64,000 bases of DNA from assembly GCA_951406725.2 (NCBI GenBank), contig OX597817.1:171244001-171308000 (forward strand). Direction: 5' to 3'. Every line of letters begins with the position of its first letter. Position 1 is the first letter of the stretch. Under the pieces are notes generated by a model. That model was not told where the DNA came from and did no database searches. It worked only from the letters and a program-made list of their open reading frames with translations. Position numbers and translations under genes: made by a program. This document shows, in pieces, positions 28,590 through 41,112 of the stretch. The stretch is from Octopus vulgaris (Eukaryota).

Positions 28590-28917
28590 TTGTTCATTTA
28601 CTTGTTTCAGTCATTTGACTATGGTCATACTGGAGCACCACCCTGAAGGGTCTAGTTGAACAAATCGACCCCAGGACTTATTTCTTAAGCATAGTATTTA
28701 TTCTATTGGTTTCTTTTGCCAAGGTTATGGGGATGTAAATACACCAACACTGGTTGTCAAGCAGTGACGTGATGGTGGAGAGGGGGACAAAAACAGACAC
28801 AAAGACACACGCACATAGATATATACGTACATGTGTACATGTATACAATGGGCTTCTTTCAGTTTCTGCCTGTCAAATTCACTCACAAGGCTTTAGTTAA
28901 CTCGAGGTCATAGTATA

Positions 28918-28920
<3 letters not shown>
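28590..28920 (-). mobile_element. Diverged family B SINE, 5'-truncated
   Basis: tacttgtttcagtcatttgac...ggcttctttcagtttc...actcacaagg. Confidence 0.75.
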
Positions 28921-28956
<36 letters not shown>

Positions 28957-29537
28957 CTATCTGCTTGTCTCCTCCCATCCTTTCTATCACATTATCGTTT
29001 TATCTCATTTTGTTTGTTCAAAGATGCTTCTCCCTCTGTCTGTCTGTCTTTCTTTCTCTCTCTCTCTCTCTCTCTCATTCTTGCACTTCCTTTCCTTTAA
29101 GTTTTTGTTTGTTCACAGAAAGCTTACATAATATATTTTGCAACCCCACCTCTCTCTCTCTCTCTCCCTTTCTCTTTTATATGCTCTCTTCCCTTTCCTC
29201 TTAATGAATATTCATTAGGAAAATGATTTAGCAACAAGATAGTTAAGCTTCAGAGGAGATAAATGAAAAAATCTAGATAAGCTATGTTTACCTAGATAGA
29301 ACCAATTACAATTATTGCAATTATTGTTATCCTACAAACAGGACTTAGGCTCCACCCCACTTTGTTTTTCCTGTTTTTACAACCATTTTTTAGTAACAAC
29401 ATCGATTAGTCAGAGAGAGACTATTGTTGTTTTTTGTAATTGTTTAACCCCAGGTTAGTGCTGATCAAGCAGACCTATCATGAAAGGTACTCTAACAGTG
29501 AGAGTCGTACTGTTTCACATACAGAGATAACGGTAAA

Positions 29538-29846
29538 AACTTCCTTTGGTCATGAATGACCACACCTAAAAAGTTACCCTCTGAGGCGGAAGTATAGACA
29601 AGGTTGTTTATGGAAGACCAGCAGTTGCTCATGCATACTGGCCTCAACTTTCCATGCCACCAATGTTATCTAAGGGAAAGGCAAAGGGGCCGATACAGTT
29701 TTGTACTAATGACATCACAACTCATATCTACAGCTGAGTGAATTGGAACAATGTGAAATAAAGTGTCTTGCTCAAGAGCACAACACACAGCCCGATCTGG
29801 AAATCAAACTCACTACCTCATGATTGTAAGCCCAATGTTCTAACCA
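29538..29846 (-). mobile_element. Family C SINE
   Basis: Colinear with 46291-46626. Confidence 0.82.
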
Positions 29847-30014
29847 TGGCCTACCAATGTATACAGTACATTTCTCTGCTCTAGGTGTCAGGAAGACTCT
29901 CCGCAAGAAATAGAAACAGAATTGAAAGAAGATGCTAATGAAAATAAAGATAATGATAATCCTTTCTATTATAAGCACAAGGCCTGAAATGTTTTTGGGG
30001 AAGTAACTAGTTGT

Positions 30015-32271
30015 TTACATCGAGATACTATGGTCAAAGGGTATGCTCATGTCAATCAATAAACAGACTTTATTGCTTTTGTCTTTCACAATAATATCTG
30101 GTTTATTTGCCTTGATGGTCTGGTCTGTACATCCTGGGAAGTCCCAAAGTATAGTTACATTTTCTCCTTCAGTTACAGCCTCAGAATGGTGCTTGTCCCA
30201 TTTGTCAGCAGTTTTGATTTTATAACGCCGACACATTATCCAGTGTAGATATTGGCCAGCTCTATCATGTCTTGATTTGTTCTCTACAGGTGCTAAAACC
30301 TTACATCCAGAGATTAGGTGGTCCATTGTTTCTATCCCATCGTTGCAGTATTGGCACTTTGGGTCTACACCATTTTTCATCAAGGCTTGATAGTTCCAGG
30401 TCAATAAGCTCTGATCTTCGGCAGCCAAGATAAAACCTTCTTTCTCTGCCTTTAGTCCTGAGCTCCATAGCCACTGATGGGTGTGCTTCTGGTGTGCAAA
30501 CACCAGCTTGTTTGCTATGGGCTACATATTTTCCATGCAGAGATTTTTGTTCCTACCTATCAGCCAATTGTTCAAGTGCATTTTGCTTTGCTATTGATTT
30601 CACCTTCTTTGCAACTACAGTTGCTGCATTTCCCTTATGCTGTTCAATCTGGGTATTATGCATAAACTCACTTGAAAATTTTTGCCCTCCTTCGTAACAG
30701 AGTGAATCTTCTTACACCTTCCGTGGTTTTCAACGAGGTTTAGCATCCAGTCGTTAGCTGCTTCAAGATATTTTGCCAGTCCAATTGTGGTGGTTTTGTA
30801 GATTTCAAACTGGATCAAGCCTCGACCTCCTTGAGCTCTGATTAGGTAAAGACAATCTCCGTCTGCCTTTGGGTGATGCATCTTATTGCAAGTCAGCAGC
30901 TTACGGATTTTCCTGTCAATCTTCCTTATTTCGCTCATATTCCAGTTCAACACATTGAAACTGTAAATAACAACCAGAACTGCTAAGGAATTTATAGCTA
31001 ACACCTTGCTATGTGCATTTAACTTGGATTTTAGGACTGCTTGAACTCTCCTGTGACACTCCTTCCTGATCTTCTCTTTCATACTTGCATGTTGAATGTC
31101 AGAGCCCTTATTTATTCCAAGGTATTTGTAAGTTTGTTCCTGCTTCAATTCTTTTATGACTGCGTCAACATCCAACACCACTGAATGTGAGGTCTTCGGT
31201 TTCCCTTCCTGGAAAGTGGCCTTGGCACATTTATCAAGACCAAATTCCATCCCAATGTCATCACTGAATGCTTTCACAGTACAAAGTAGTTCTTCAAGTT
31301 CATTAGCGTCTTTGCTATAAAGTTTTAAGTCATCCATATAAAATAGATGACTTATTTTCTTGCTGCCAATTTTATATCCATACCCTGTTCTGTTGAGTTC
31401 ACTTGTAAGGGGTATTAGGGCTATACAGAAAATTAAAGGTAGAAGTGAGTCACCTTGGAAAAATGCCACAGTTGATATTAATATTTTTTGTGGCCAGTAC
31501 TGTATTGTTGTCATTAGCATCCTTTTGTCTTGGGAGACAATGGAGTTGTGCATAAACCTGGGCTAAATGTAAGAAAATCCTGGGTAGCCCAATCATCAGG
31601 ATTCCTCTCTTGATCTTGCTGACGTAGTCCAAAGGAGTGCAGAGCATCATGTTTGGCACCAGCTTGGTTGCAGGAGCTGCCAGAAGAGTGTTGAGTCAAA
31701 CACTAAACCACCTACGGGGCTCTACTCTGCATTTCTTTGAAGGTTGTCTCCTTTCCGTAACTCTGGGTAGGGGCCAATACCAGGTACTGTCAGCTGGAGC
31801 CAGCTGAGCCCGGGACTCATGTCAGGCAGGGTCGTCACTCCCTGAAGTAGTGAAGAAAATCGCTACCAAGTACCTAGTACTCTATTAGAGTGGTATAATT
31901 GGAGATTCATATTCCACATCAACATGTTGTGCTTCAGGAAGCTTGAAATTACAGGAGAAATTTTGAAGATATCCAGTGATTTCAAGATCCATGAATGCGG
32001 TATGCTGTTGAAGGCCTTTTTATAATCAATCCATAAAAGAACTGAGATTTCTGCATTTGTTATGAAAGTTCTCAAGGATCATTCGATTGATTAAGAGTTG
32101 GTCTTTACATCCATATGAGCCTCATCAGCACCATTTTTGTTCAGTGGGGAAAAATATCATTCTGTTCCATAAATTTGTATGTTTTCTCCACGAGGATGGA
32201 TGTTAAAATTTTATACATGGTAAATAGTTTTGGGGAAACTTAGTTTCGTTATTCTTCAGGAGTAGGTAAGT

Positions 32272-32272
<1 letters not shown>
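30015..32272 (-). mobile_element. R4/Dong-clade non-LTR retrotransposon fragment (RT, CCHC finger, RLE endonuclease), disrupted
   Basis: WIDYKKAFNSIPHSWI, FQGDSLLP, HLFYMDDLKLY, GMEFGLDKC, YKYLG, GGRGL, CQYC-ETMDHLISGC, RHD, KPDIIVKD, LIDMSIP; 5'-truncated end abuts (TAA)n. Confidence 0.93.
31507..31875 (-). mobile_element. Non-coding insertion into the R4/Dong RT, probably an RTE-UTR-derived non-autonomous element
   Basis: TSD agtact(g/c)tatt at 31496-31506 and 31876-31886; RT reads YHSNRVL|ATKNININCGIF across it; gcagctcctgcaaccaagctggtgccaaac recalls RTE 5' UTRs (from memory). Confidence 0.7.
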
Positions 32273-33150
<878 letters not shown>

Positions 33151-33740
33151 TATCATTAGTAGTAGTGGTATCAGCAGCAACAGAAACAATGACATGTGGT
33201 GGTGGTGGTGGTGGTGGTGGTGGTGGTAGTGGAAGCAAAGGCAGCAGTAGTAGTAGCAGTGGCTACGTATTGCACTAAAATTCCTCTTTACGGTATGGGA
33301 TTACAAATATAGGGTAAAGCCTGGAATTTCACGGAAAAAAAGAACAAAATCTCCAAGTCAAAGCTGAATCAATTTTGGAATAGAAATAAGACAAAAACCA
33401 AAACAGAACAAAACGAAACAAAAATCACTGAATATCTTTCAAACGCATAAACACACACAAAAACACAAAAAATACAAACAAAAGCTAAAAGGTAAGGACA
33501 AAAACCATCAACAAAAAGATAAAAATAGCAATGACAAACCAACAACAACAACAACAGAAGCAACAACCACAAGTAGTCAAAGTAAATCGAAACAATCAGA
33601 TGCGGTATAAGCAATTTGTCTTTGTTTTTCTATCCTTAACGCTTGCCAATTTTTACCTTTCGTATTGGTTTTTTTTCATTTTATTTACTTTTTGTAGCTT
33701 ATTTGCTATTGATTTTTTTTCTTTGAAAATAAATTTTTTT

Positions 33741-34275
33741 GTGAAGTATATTTAAGCCTCTTAAATGTGGCTAATGCTTAAGGGTGGATGCTACTGAAGC
33801 TTGTAGCCCCAGAAAGACACCTCCTCCAGCTGGCTATTGACGCACATTCTGTGCCCTATCAGTATTTGCAAAGGAAAGCCATCCTTCCCATTCTCCAACC
33901 TGACATGATACACATGGCTCTGAGTTTCTGGGTACCGACCCATCATCAGCATGTGACAATCACCGGTTGTCGATGTGAAGTGGTCCCCAATGCAAATATA
34001 TAAATCCTTTTTCCAGTGACGAAAAGTCACTGATCTCGAAAAGGTGTAAACAAGCAATGATTAATCTCTGAGCAAGGTATAAACAGTAGCTGCACAACAT
34101 CCCTTTGCAAATACTGATAGGGCACAGAAAGTGTGTCAATAGGCAGCTGGAGGAGGTGTCTTCATGGGACTACAAGCTACAGTAGCAACCACCCTTAAGG
34201 GTTAGCCACATTTAAGTGGCAAATATACTTCACGATGTGTTGCAGCTACTGTTTATACCTCACTCAGAGATTAAT
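33741..34275 (-). mobile_element. Retrozyme-like element: 361-nt minus-strand monomer (34101 to 33741) plus inverted 174-nt arm (34102-34275) spanning the monomer junction
   Basis: 34102-34233 is the reverse complement of about 33741-33875; 34234-34275 is the reverse complement of 34060-34101; hammerhead core inside. Confidence 0.8.
33905..33963 (-). ncRNA. Type I hammerhead ribozyme motif; U of the GUC triplet is missing in this copy
   Basis: GTGAT-tgt-CACATG CTGATGA TGGGT-cggt-ACCCA GAAA CTCAGAG C CATGTG-t-ATCAT: stem I with internal loop, core, 5-bp stem II, short stem III. Confidence 0.8.
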
Positions 34276-34294
34276 TATTAAATTTTTTCCATTT

Positions 34295-34758
34295 TCATTC
34301 TTTTATTCTTTTACATGTTTTAGGCATCTGACTGCAGCCATGCTGGAGTACCACCTTAAAGGGTTTCAGTCAAAGAAATCGAACCCAAGATTTATTCTTA
34401 GTAAGCCTAGCACTTATTTTATTGGTCTTTTTTGCCAAACCACCAAGTTATGAGGACGTAAACACACCAACATCAGCTGTCAAGTGATGGTGGGGGATAA
34501 ACACAGACACACAAACATATATATATATATATATATATATTCTTTTCTACTCTAGGCACAAGGCCCGAAATTATTGTGGAGAGGGCTAGTCAATTAGATT
34601 GACCCCAGGATGCAACTGGTCCTTAATTTATTGACCCTGAAAGGATGAAAGACAAAGTCAACCTCAGCAGAATTTGAACTCGGAATGTAAAAACAGACGA
34701 AATACCACTAAGCATTTTGCCTGGCATGCTAATGTTTCTGCCAGCTTGCTACCTTACA

Positions 34759-34795
<37 letters not shown>

Positions 34796-34950
34796 GATGG
34801 GCTTCTTTCAGTTTCCGTCTACCAAATCCACTTACTAGGCTTTGGTTGGCCCAAGGCTATAGAAGAAGACACCTGCCCAAGATGCCATGCAGTGGGACTG
34901 AACCCGGAACCATGTAGTTGGGAAGCAAGCTTCTTACAACACAGCCATGT
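34295..34950 (-). mobile_element. Diverged family B SINE with a family D SINE (about 34541-34757, minus) nested in its internal (TA)n
   Basis: Family B halves flank ggtagcaagctggcagaaacattagcatgcc...; acaaacatatata... is duplicated on both sides of the insert. Confidence 0.8.
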
Positions 34951-34979
34951 TTGAAAATAAAAAAAAATTAAAAAATGCA

Positions 34980-35535
34980 GTGGGGTCCAGAAGCTTGTTT
35001 TGCAACCACATGGTTTTGGGTTCAGACCCCCTGTGCTGCACCTTTGGTAAATGTTTTCTGCTATAGCTTCAGACTGACGAATGCCTTATGAGTAAATTTG
35101 GTAGACAGAAACTGCATGGAAGCCTGTTGTATATATGTGTGTGTGTGTGTGTGTGGCAAACATATCAGTGTAGATGTGTGTGTATGTGTATGTACATGCA
35201 TATCTGTGTATATGTGTGGATGTGTGTGCATGAAAACATATCTATGTATATGTGTGTGTGTGTGTCTGTGTGTGCACACAAGTATATCTGTGTATATGTG
35301 TGGACGTGTGTGTGTGTGTGTGTGTGTAATTTAGTGTTTGTTCATCCTCCCACTTCTTGACAAATGGTGTTGGTTTGTTTACATCTGAAGAACTTTGCAG
35401 TTCAGCAAAAGAGTCTGATAGAATGTGTACCAAACTTAAAAGTAGAAAATAAGTACCGGGGTTGATTTGTTTGACTAAATCCTCCAAGGTAGTGCGTGCC
35501 CCAGCTTGGCCACACTCCAATAACAGAAACAAATA

Positions 35536-35540
<5 letters not shown>
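34980..35540 (+). mobile_element. Diverged family B SINE with expanded internal (TG)n
   Basis: caaccacatggttttgggttcag head; gaaacaaataaaag tail. Confidence 0.7.
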
Positions 35541-35582
<42 letters not shown>

Positions 35583-35604
35583 ATTATATATATATATATA
35601 TATA

Positions 35605-35927
35605 CATCAATGGAAATTGCAGCTGTGATACCAGTGCCAGTGGCATGTAAAAGAACCATCCGAACGTGGCCGTTGCCAGCGCCGCCTCGGTGGCACGTAA
35701 AAAGCACCAACCAATCGTGGCCGTTGCCAGCTTTGCCTGGCACTTGTGCCGCAAAAAGCACCCACTACACTCTCGGAGTGGTTGGCGTTAGGAAGGGCAC
35801 CCAGCTGTAGAAACACTGCCGGATGAGACTGGGCCTGGTGCAGCCTCCTGGCATCCCAGACCCCGGTCGAACTGTCCAACCCATGCTAGCATGGAAAGCA
35901 GACGTTAAACGATGATGATGATGATGA
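35605..35927 (+). mobile_element. Family A RTE tail
   Basis: Conserved tail plus (GAT)n. Confidence 0.85.
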
Positions 35928-36069
35928 TATATATATATATATGTATTGGAATTTTCCTAAATGACTCTTGCATGAAAGACCAGTGAGTTTATATAACAAC
36001 GACAACAATAGCAACAACAACGATACAAAGCCAGCTGTCATTTCATGAACTAAAATTTCCTCCAAGTAC

Positions 36070-36073
<4 letters not shown>

Positions 36074-36147
<74 letters not shown>

Positions 36148-37095
36148 TTGATTAGATTCATTCACAGTGTGGAAAAGGACAGAAAGAAATGGATAGAGTT
36201 GAAAAACAACCCTGGACACTAGTGGTGGCATTGAGTTAACCGATGCTATCCAGTTACAAATATAACACACACACAAGCATGCACACAAGCACACACACTC
36301 TCTCTCACTCACACACACACACACACACATGCACGCACACACGCACACACACTCTCTCTCACTCACACACACACATGCACGCACACACACTCTCTCTCAC
36401 ACACACACACAATTAACGATGATGGCAATAAGTACCTTGTAGTTGTTAATGATTTCTTACATTGGTAGTGTGCCAGAGAATGTGTAGGAAAGAAACAAAG
36501 AGAGGGAGACAGAAAGAGTATGTATGTGTGTGTGAGAGAGAGAGAGAGAGAGACAGAGAGAATGAAGGAGAGGGTTAGAGAGAGAGTAAAAGTTTGTGAG
36601 AGTGTGTGTGAAAGAGAGAGTGTGTGTGTAAGAGAGAGAGAGTGAGAGAGAGCACATGAGAAAGAGTAAAAGAGAGTTTTGAGAGAAAGAGAGATAAGAG
36701 AGTGTGTGTGTGAGTGAGAGAGAAAGAGAGAGAGTAGGAGAGACACCCAGAAATAGAGAGAGAGAGAGAGAGAGAGAGAAAGATAGACAGAGAGAGAAGG
36801 GGAGAGAGAAAGACAAACAGATAGGGAGGGAGGGAGGGAGGGAACAAGGAAGAGACAAAAACACAGTGAGAGAAGGAAGGAGAGACAGCCAGAGATAGAG
36901 TGAGAGAAAGAAAGATATAGATAAGGAGAGAGGGAGAGAGACAAACATGGACATAGTGAGAGAGAGAGAGAGAGAAAATGAAAGAGAGAAAGAAAAAAGG
37001 AAGAGAGAGAGCCAAACAGATAAACAGAGAGAGAAAGGAAGTGAGAAAGAGAGAGGGAAGTTACTGAGAGTTAGGGGATGGAGAGGAAGAGAAAA
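36074..37095. repeat. (GA)n, (CA)n and GA-rich low-complexity tract
   Basis: Seen directly. Confidence 0.9.
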
Positions 37096-38197
37096 AAAAT
37101 TAAGAGATTCCATTTGTGCAACAAACAGGTTATCAAAGCGTGATGTGATGTGGCAGCTTCACATCAAATTGCCCCATGTTTTTTGATGTTACTATATGTG
37201 TGTGTGTGTGTGAGGGGGTGCTTCCCACATATCTTTCTTTGCCAGTGGACATAATTTTTCACCAGTGTAAAAACAAGATAGATTTCTTCCCCACTGCGAA
37301 AAAAGCTTCAACTTTTGAACAAAAGAATTCAACCTACCAAGAACAAAAGACAATACCAAAATGTCTTTAAACTAGTCTTCTCCAACATTAATCATACAAC
37401 TACCACATGTATGGACCCCAAACCTCAACCATTTTTTGGTCTTCTGAAGAATTTTAGCCTCATTGCAACAAACGTGGTTTTGCTCCAATTCTTTTTCTTT
37501 TCGAGATAGGCATTTTCTCACCAGCTCTGTCCCCATTTATTGCCGCCCTCTCTTCTATACTGTAAGTAGTCATGTGTCTACCCAACAGCAAAAAATCTGT
37601 TCAAACCCCCTTTCTTCATACTTTAAACTCTCACCTCCTAATATATAATCTGCCTCTGTCTCTACTGTAGCTCCATTCAGTCACAGAGGACCTTAATTTT
37701 GCAAGCTGTATGGCAACCTCACTAGTGCTGGTTACACAGAAAATGCACCCAAGACACTCTGTAAAATGGTTGGTGTTGGAGAGGGTATCCAGTTGTAGAA
37801 ACTATGTCAAAATAGACAGAGCATGGTCCAAAGAGTGTGCCAGATAACGATGGTCAGATCATGTCAGGCGATCAAACCCATACCAGTATGGAAGATGGAT
37901 GTTAAAAGATGAGGATGGCACTATGATAACACACCTTGACCCTTTCTTTTGTATTACTGTTGATTGTACCTAGTTCAACACCATCAACTGGTCAGTTGGT
38001 CCCTTTAGCAGAGTTCACAATGTTGAAATTATATGTACTAAACCCTAGCTCAATTCCAAATTCTATTTATCCTACTGACATCGACTAGTAAATTCTCTGA
38101 TGGGACATCAACCACATCACTCTTCTAATCTAGGGGGAACATGCAAACATCATGAACACCAGCCTTCTGCCTTCTTCTTATGAGTAACTAATATATT

Positions 38198-38428
38198 AAA
38201 GCGGTGAGCTGGCAGAAATGTTAGCACGCCGGGCGAAATGCTTAGCAGTATTTCATCTGCTGTTACATTCTGAGTTCAAATTCCGCCGAGGTTGACTTTG
38301 CCTTTCATCCTTTCAGGGTCGATAGATTAAGTACCAGTTACGCACTGGAGTCGATGTAATCGACTTAATCCATTTGTCTGTCCTTGTTTGTCCCCTCTAT
38401 GTTTAGCCCCTTGTGGGCAATAAAGAAA
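38198..38428 (+). mobile_element. Family D SINE, well-preserved copy
   Basis: gcggtgagctggcagaaatgttagcacgccgggcgaaatg...gagttcaaattccgccgaggttgactttgcctttcatcctttcagggtcgat; central block resembles the MESC/Meta-type SINE domain (from memory). Confidence 0.85.
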
Positions 38429-38733
38429 GAAGTAACTAATAAATTCTATGTTTGATTTCACTAAGTCAATTCCACCAGCTGACTTGGCACAAGACCAACA
38501 TTATTAAGAGTTGAGATATAGTCAATTGAATATACCTCATAAGAAACAAAATAAAAAAAGTAAAGTAAGGAAACTGGCGCTGCTCTGAGGCCTTGTTCCA
38601 TTATTACTTGATATTTTATTTCATTATTAATCAGTATTTCAAAATGAAACAACAAATATATATTTTAAAAAAATGAAACAAATTCACTGAAATGCATTTG
38701 TGCATGTATGTATATGTGTGTGTGTGCGTGTGT

Positions 38734-38777
<44 letters not shown>

Positions 38778-38780
<3 letters not shown>

Positions 38781-38901
38781 AGCGTAAGCTCGAAACGTAA
38801 AAGATTTGTTTTATTTATATTCCTGAGTGCCATACTAATACAATTGTTTGTTTGTATTCCACCTGCCTTCGTCTTTTGTCTATTTTCATAAAGCTTCCCG
38901 T
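38778..38901 (+). mobile_element. Possible 5'-truncated Penelope-like pLTR with the 3' half of a minimal hammerhead
   Basis: GAGC-gtaa-GCTC GAAACGTA at 38780-38799; no CTGANGA upstream, only (TA)n. Confidence 0.5.
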
Positions 38902-38913
38902 TATATATATATA

Positions 38914-39332
38914 TACTCTTTTACTCTTTTACTTGTTTCAGTCATTTGACTGCGACCATGCTGGAGCACCGCCTTTAGTCGAGCAAATCGACCCCGGGAC
39001 TTATTCTTTGTAAGCCCAGTACTTATTCTATCAGTCTCTTTTTGCCGAACCACTAAGTGACGGGGACGTAAACACACCAGCATCAGTTGGCAAGCAATGC
39101 TAGGGGGACAAACACAGACACACAAACACATACATATATATACACACATATATATATATACATATATACGACAGGCTTCTTTCAGTTTCCGTCTACCAAA
39201 TCCACTCACAAGGCATTGGTCGGCCCGGGGCTATAGCAGAAGACACTTGCCCAAGGTGCCACGCTGTGGGATTGAACCCGGAACCATGCGGTTGGTTAGC
39301 AAGCTACTTACCACACAGCCACTCCTGCGCCT
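38914..39332 (-). mobile_element. Family B SINE, full length, young
   Basis: Begins aggcgcaggagtggctgtgtggtaag on minus; near-identical to 42007-42415. Confidence 0.92.
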
Positions 39333-39444
39333 ATCATCATCACAATCATGATTTAACGTCCAGTTTCCATGCTGGCATGGGTTGGACAGTTTGACAGGAG
39401 CTGGTCAGCTAAAGAGATGCCCAGGTTCCATGTCTGTTTTGGTA

Positions 39445-40643
39445 GGGTCAGTTGGGCACTGTCTGTGATAGAAACAGCAGCATGACACAATTCTCTTTGC
39501 CAGAAATTTGGAAACAACATGCTGTACTGCTTGACATTTGTGCCAGAAGCTCCAATACAAACATTTCAGAATGTTCGGTTGTCAATCTGAGAACAGCGCA
39601 GAGAATTTGGAGAGAGTTGGATAAGTCTAATGGTGATTACAAAGGTATGGCAGCTCAGAAAACTCACTCTGATCATTCTGATGAGAAAAGAATTCCTGAA
39701 TTTGTTGGCGAGAACCAGGCCATGACTGACAATGATCCCTCCAAGTCAATCAGGCCATTGCCAGGGAGATGAGAGTATCTGAGTTTCTTATCAGGCAGGT
39801 AGTGCATGAAGACAGTCAGTATTCCTCATACAAGATGAGAAAGGGCCAGTTTTTATCGCAAGCCATCAAGGACAAGAGGAAAGACCACACTACAAAGCTT
39901 TTGAATAAACTCAAGCATCCCTTCCAACCGAACATGCTTTGGTTTTTTTCTCAGACAAGAAAAATTTCTGCCAAGTTCAGATGGTGAACACACAGAACTG
40001 TAGGCTTGCCATGTCCCCAAAACATGTACCAAGAGTGATGAAAATGAAACAATCAGTCAACATCATGGTGTTTGGACTGATCACTAATGATGGCGACATT
40101 ATGCTTCCATTCATCTTCCCATACAGCCTCAAACTCAACACGGAGGCCTACATCAAGTACCTGGAGGAGGTAGTGCTGCCCTGGGTCAAGAGAGTGGCTG
40201 CTGGAAGACCCTATGTCTGGCAACAGGACTCTGCACCATACCACACAAGCAGGAGAACCTAGTCATGGCTGTCAGACAATTTATGCAACCACATCACCCC
40301 TAACATCTGGCCACCTAACTCCCCTGACTGCAACCCCCTTGATTATTATGTGTGGGGTGCAAATGAGCGAGAGACCAACAAAACTCCTTGCAACACCAAA
40401 GATGAACTGAAGGCAAGGATTATGGCAGTATACACCAACTTAAACAAGGAGACCGCCCAGAAGAGTTGCAGGAGATTCTGAAATCATCTGGAGGCCATGG
40501 TTCAAACCAATAGTGATTTTATTGAATAAATTTACTGTTAGTATTTCAAGATATTTTTATGTAATTTTGGTAAATATATCTGTTAAAATGAAATGTCAAT
40601 GTTATTTTCATAATTGAGATGACAGTTTATTCACCACACCCTG
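39445..40643 (+). mobile_element. maT-family (DD37D) Tc1/mariner transposon; left end lost; transposase pseudogene
   Basis: FFSDKKNF; QQDSAPYH...WPPNSPDCNPLDYYVWG with 37 positions between the 2nd and 3rd Asp; right end ...caccacaccctg|TA. Confidence 0.9.
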
Positions 40644-40697
40644 TATAGTTAAATTGTATTTCAAATTAAAGTTTAGGTAGGAAACTTTAAAGTGTAT

Positions 40698-40937
40698 TAC
40701 AGTTCTATATTTAAGAGATGAGGAATTATGTACATTATTTACATTTGATGGATATTTGTCCTCATCTTGTTTGTTGCTAATACAACGTTTCGGGTGATAT
40801 ACTCTCCAGCCTCCATCAGGTTCGAAATTTCCCCAAGACACCTGATGAAGGCTGGAGGTTATATCAGCTGAAACATTGTGTTAACAACAAACAAGATGAG
40901 GACAAATATTTGTCAAATGTAAATAATGTAAATAATG
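40698..40937. mobile_element. Inverted-arm element with degenerate Penelope-type minimal hammerheads; same family as 54873-55429
   Basis: Left arm (to about 40820) is the reverse complement of the right; gacac CTGATGA aggctggaggttatatcagct GAAACATT gtgtt at 40837-40882; flanking repeat tttaaagtgta at 40686-40696 and 40941-40951. Confidence 0.8.
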
Positions 40938-41112
40938 AAGTTTAAAGTGTAGGATCCAAACCATGTTATGGGGATATCCCTTGTAGTGTGCCTGCAAAGC
41001 ACGTTCACCACTTGCGACTACCAGGCATCTACCAGGGTAGTGCACTTTCATTGCTGGATGTATGTAAGGAATTCCTCGGTGCACATTGAGTGTACTCTAA
41101 AGGACCAATATA

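Noticed and set aside
33778-34198. Kolobok- or piggyBac-type element bounded by TTAA
   Set aside because: Inverted similarity extends well beyond both TTAA sites, and the right arm reads through the monomer junction
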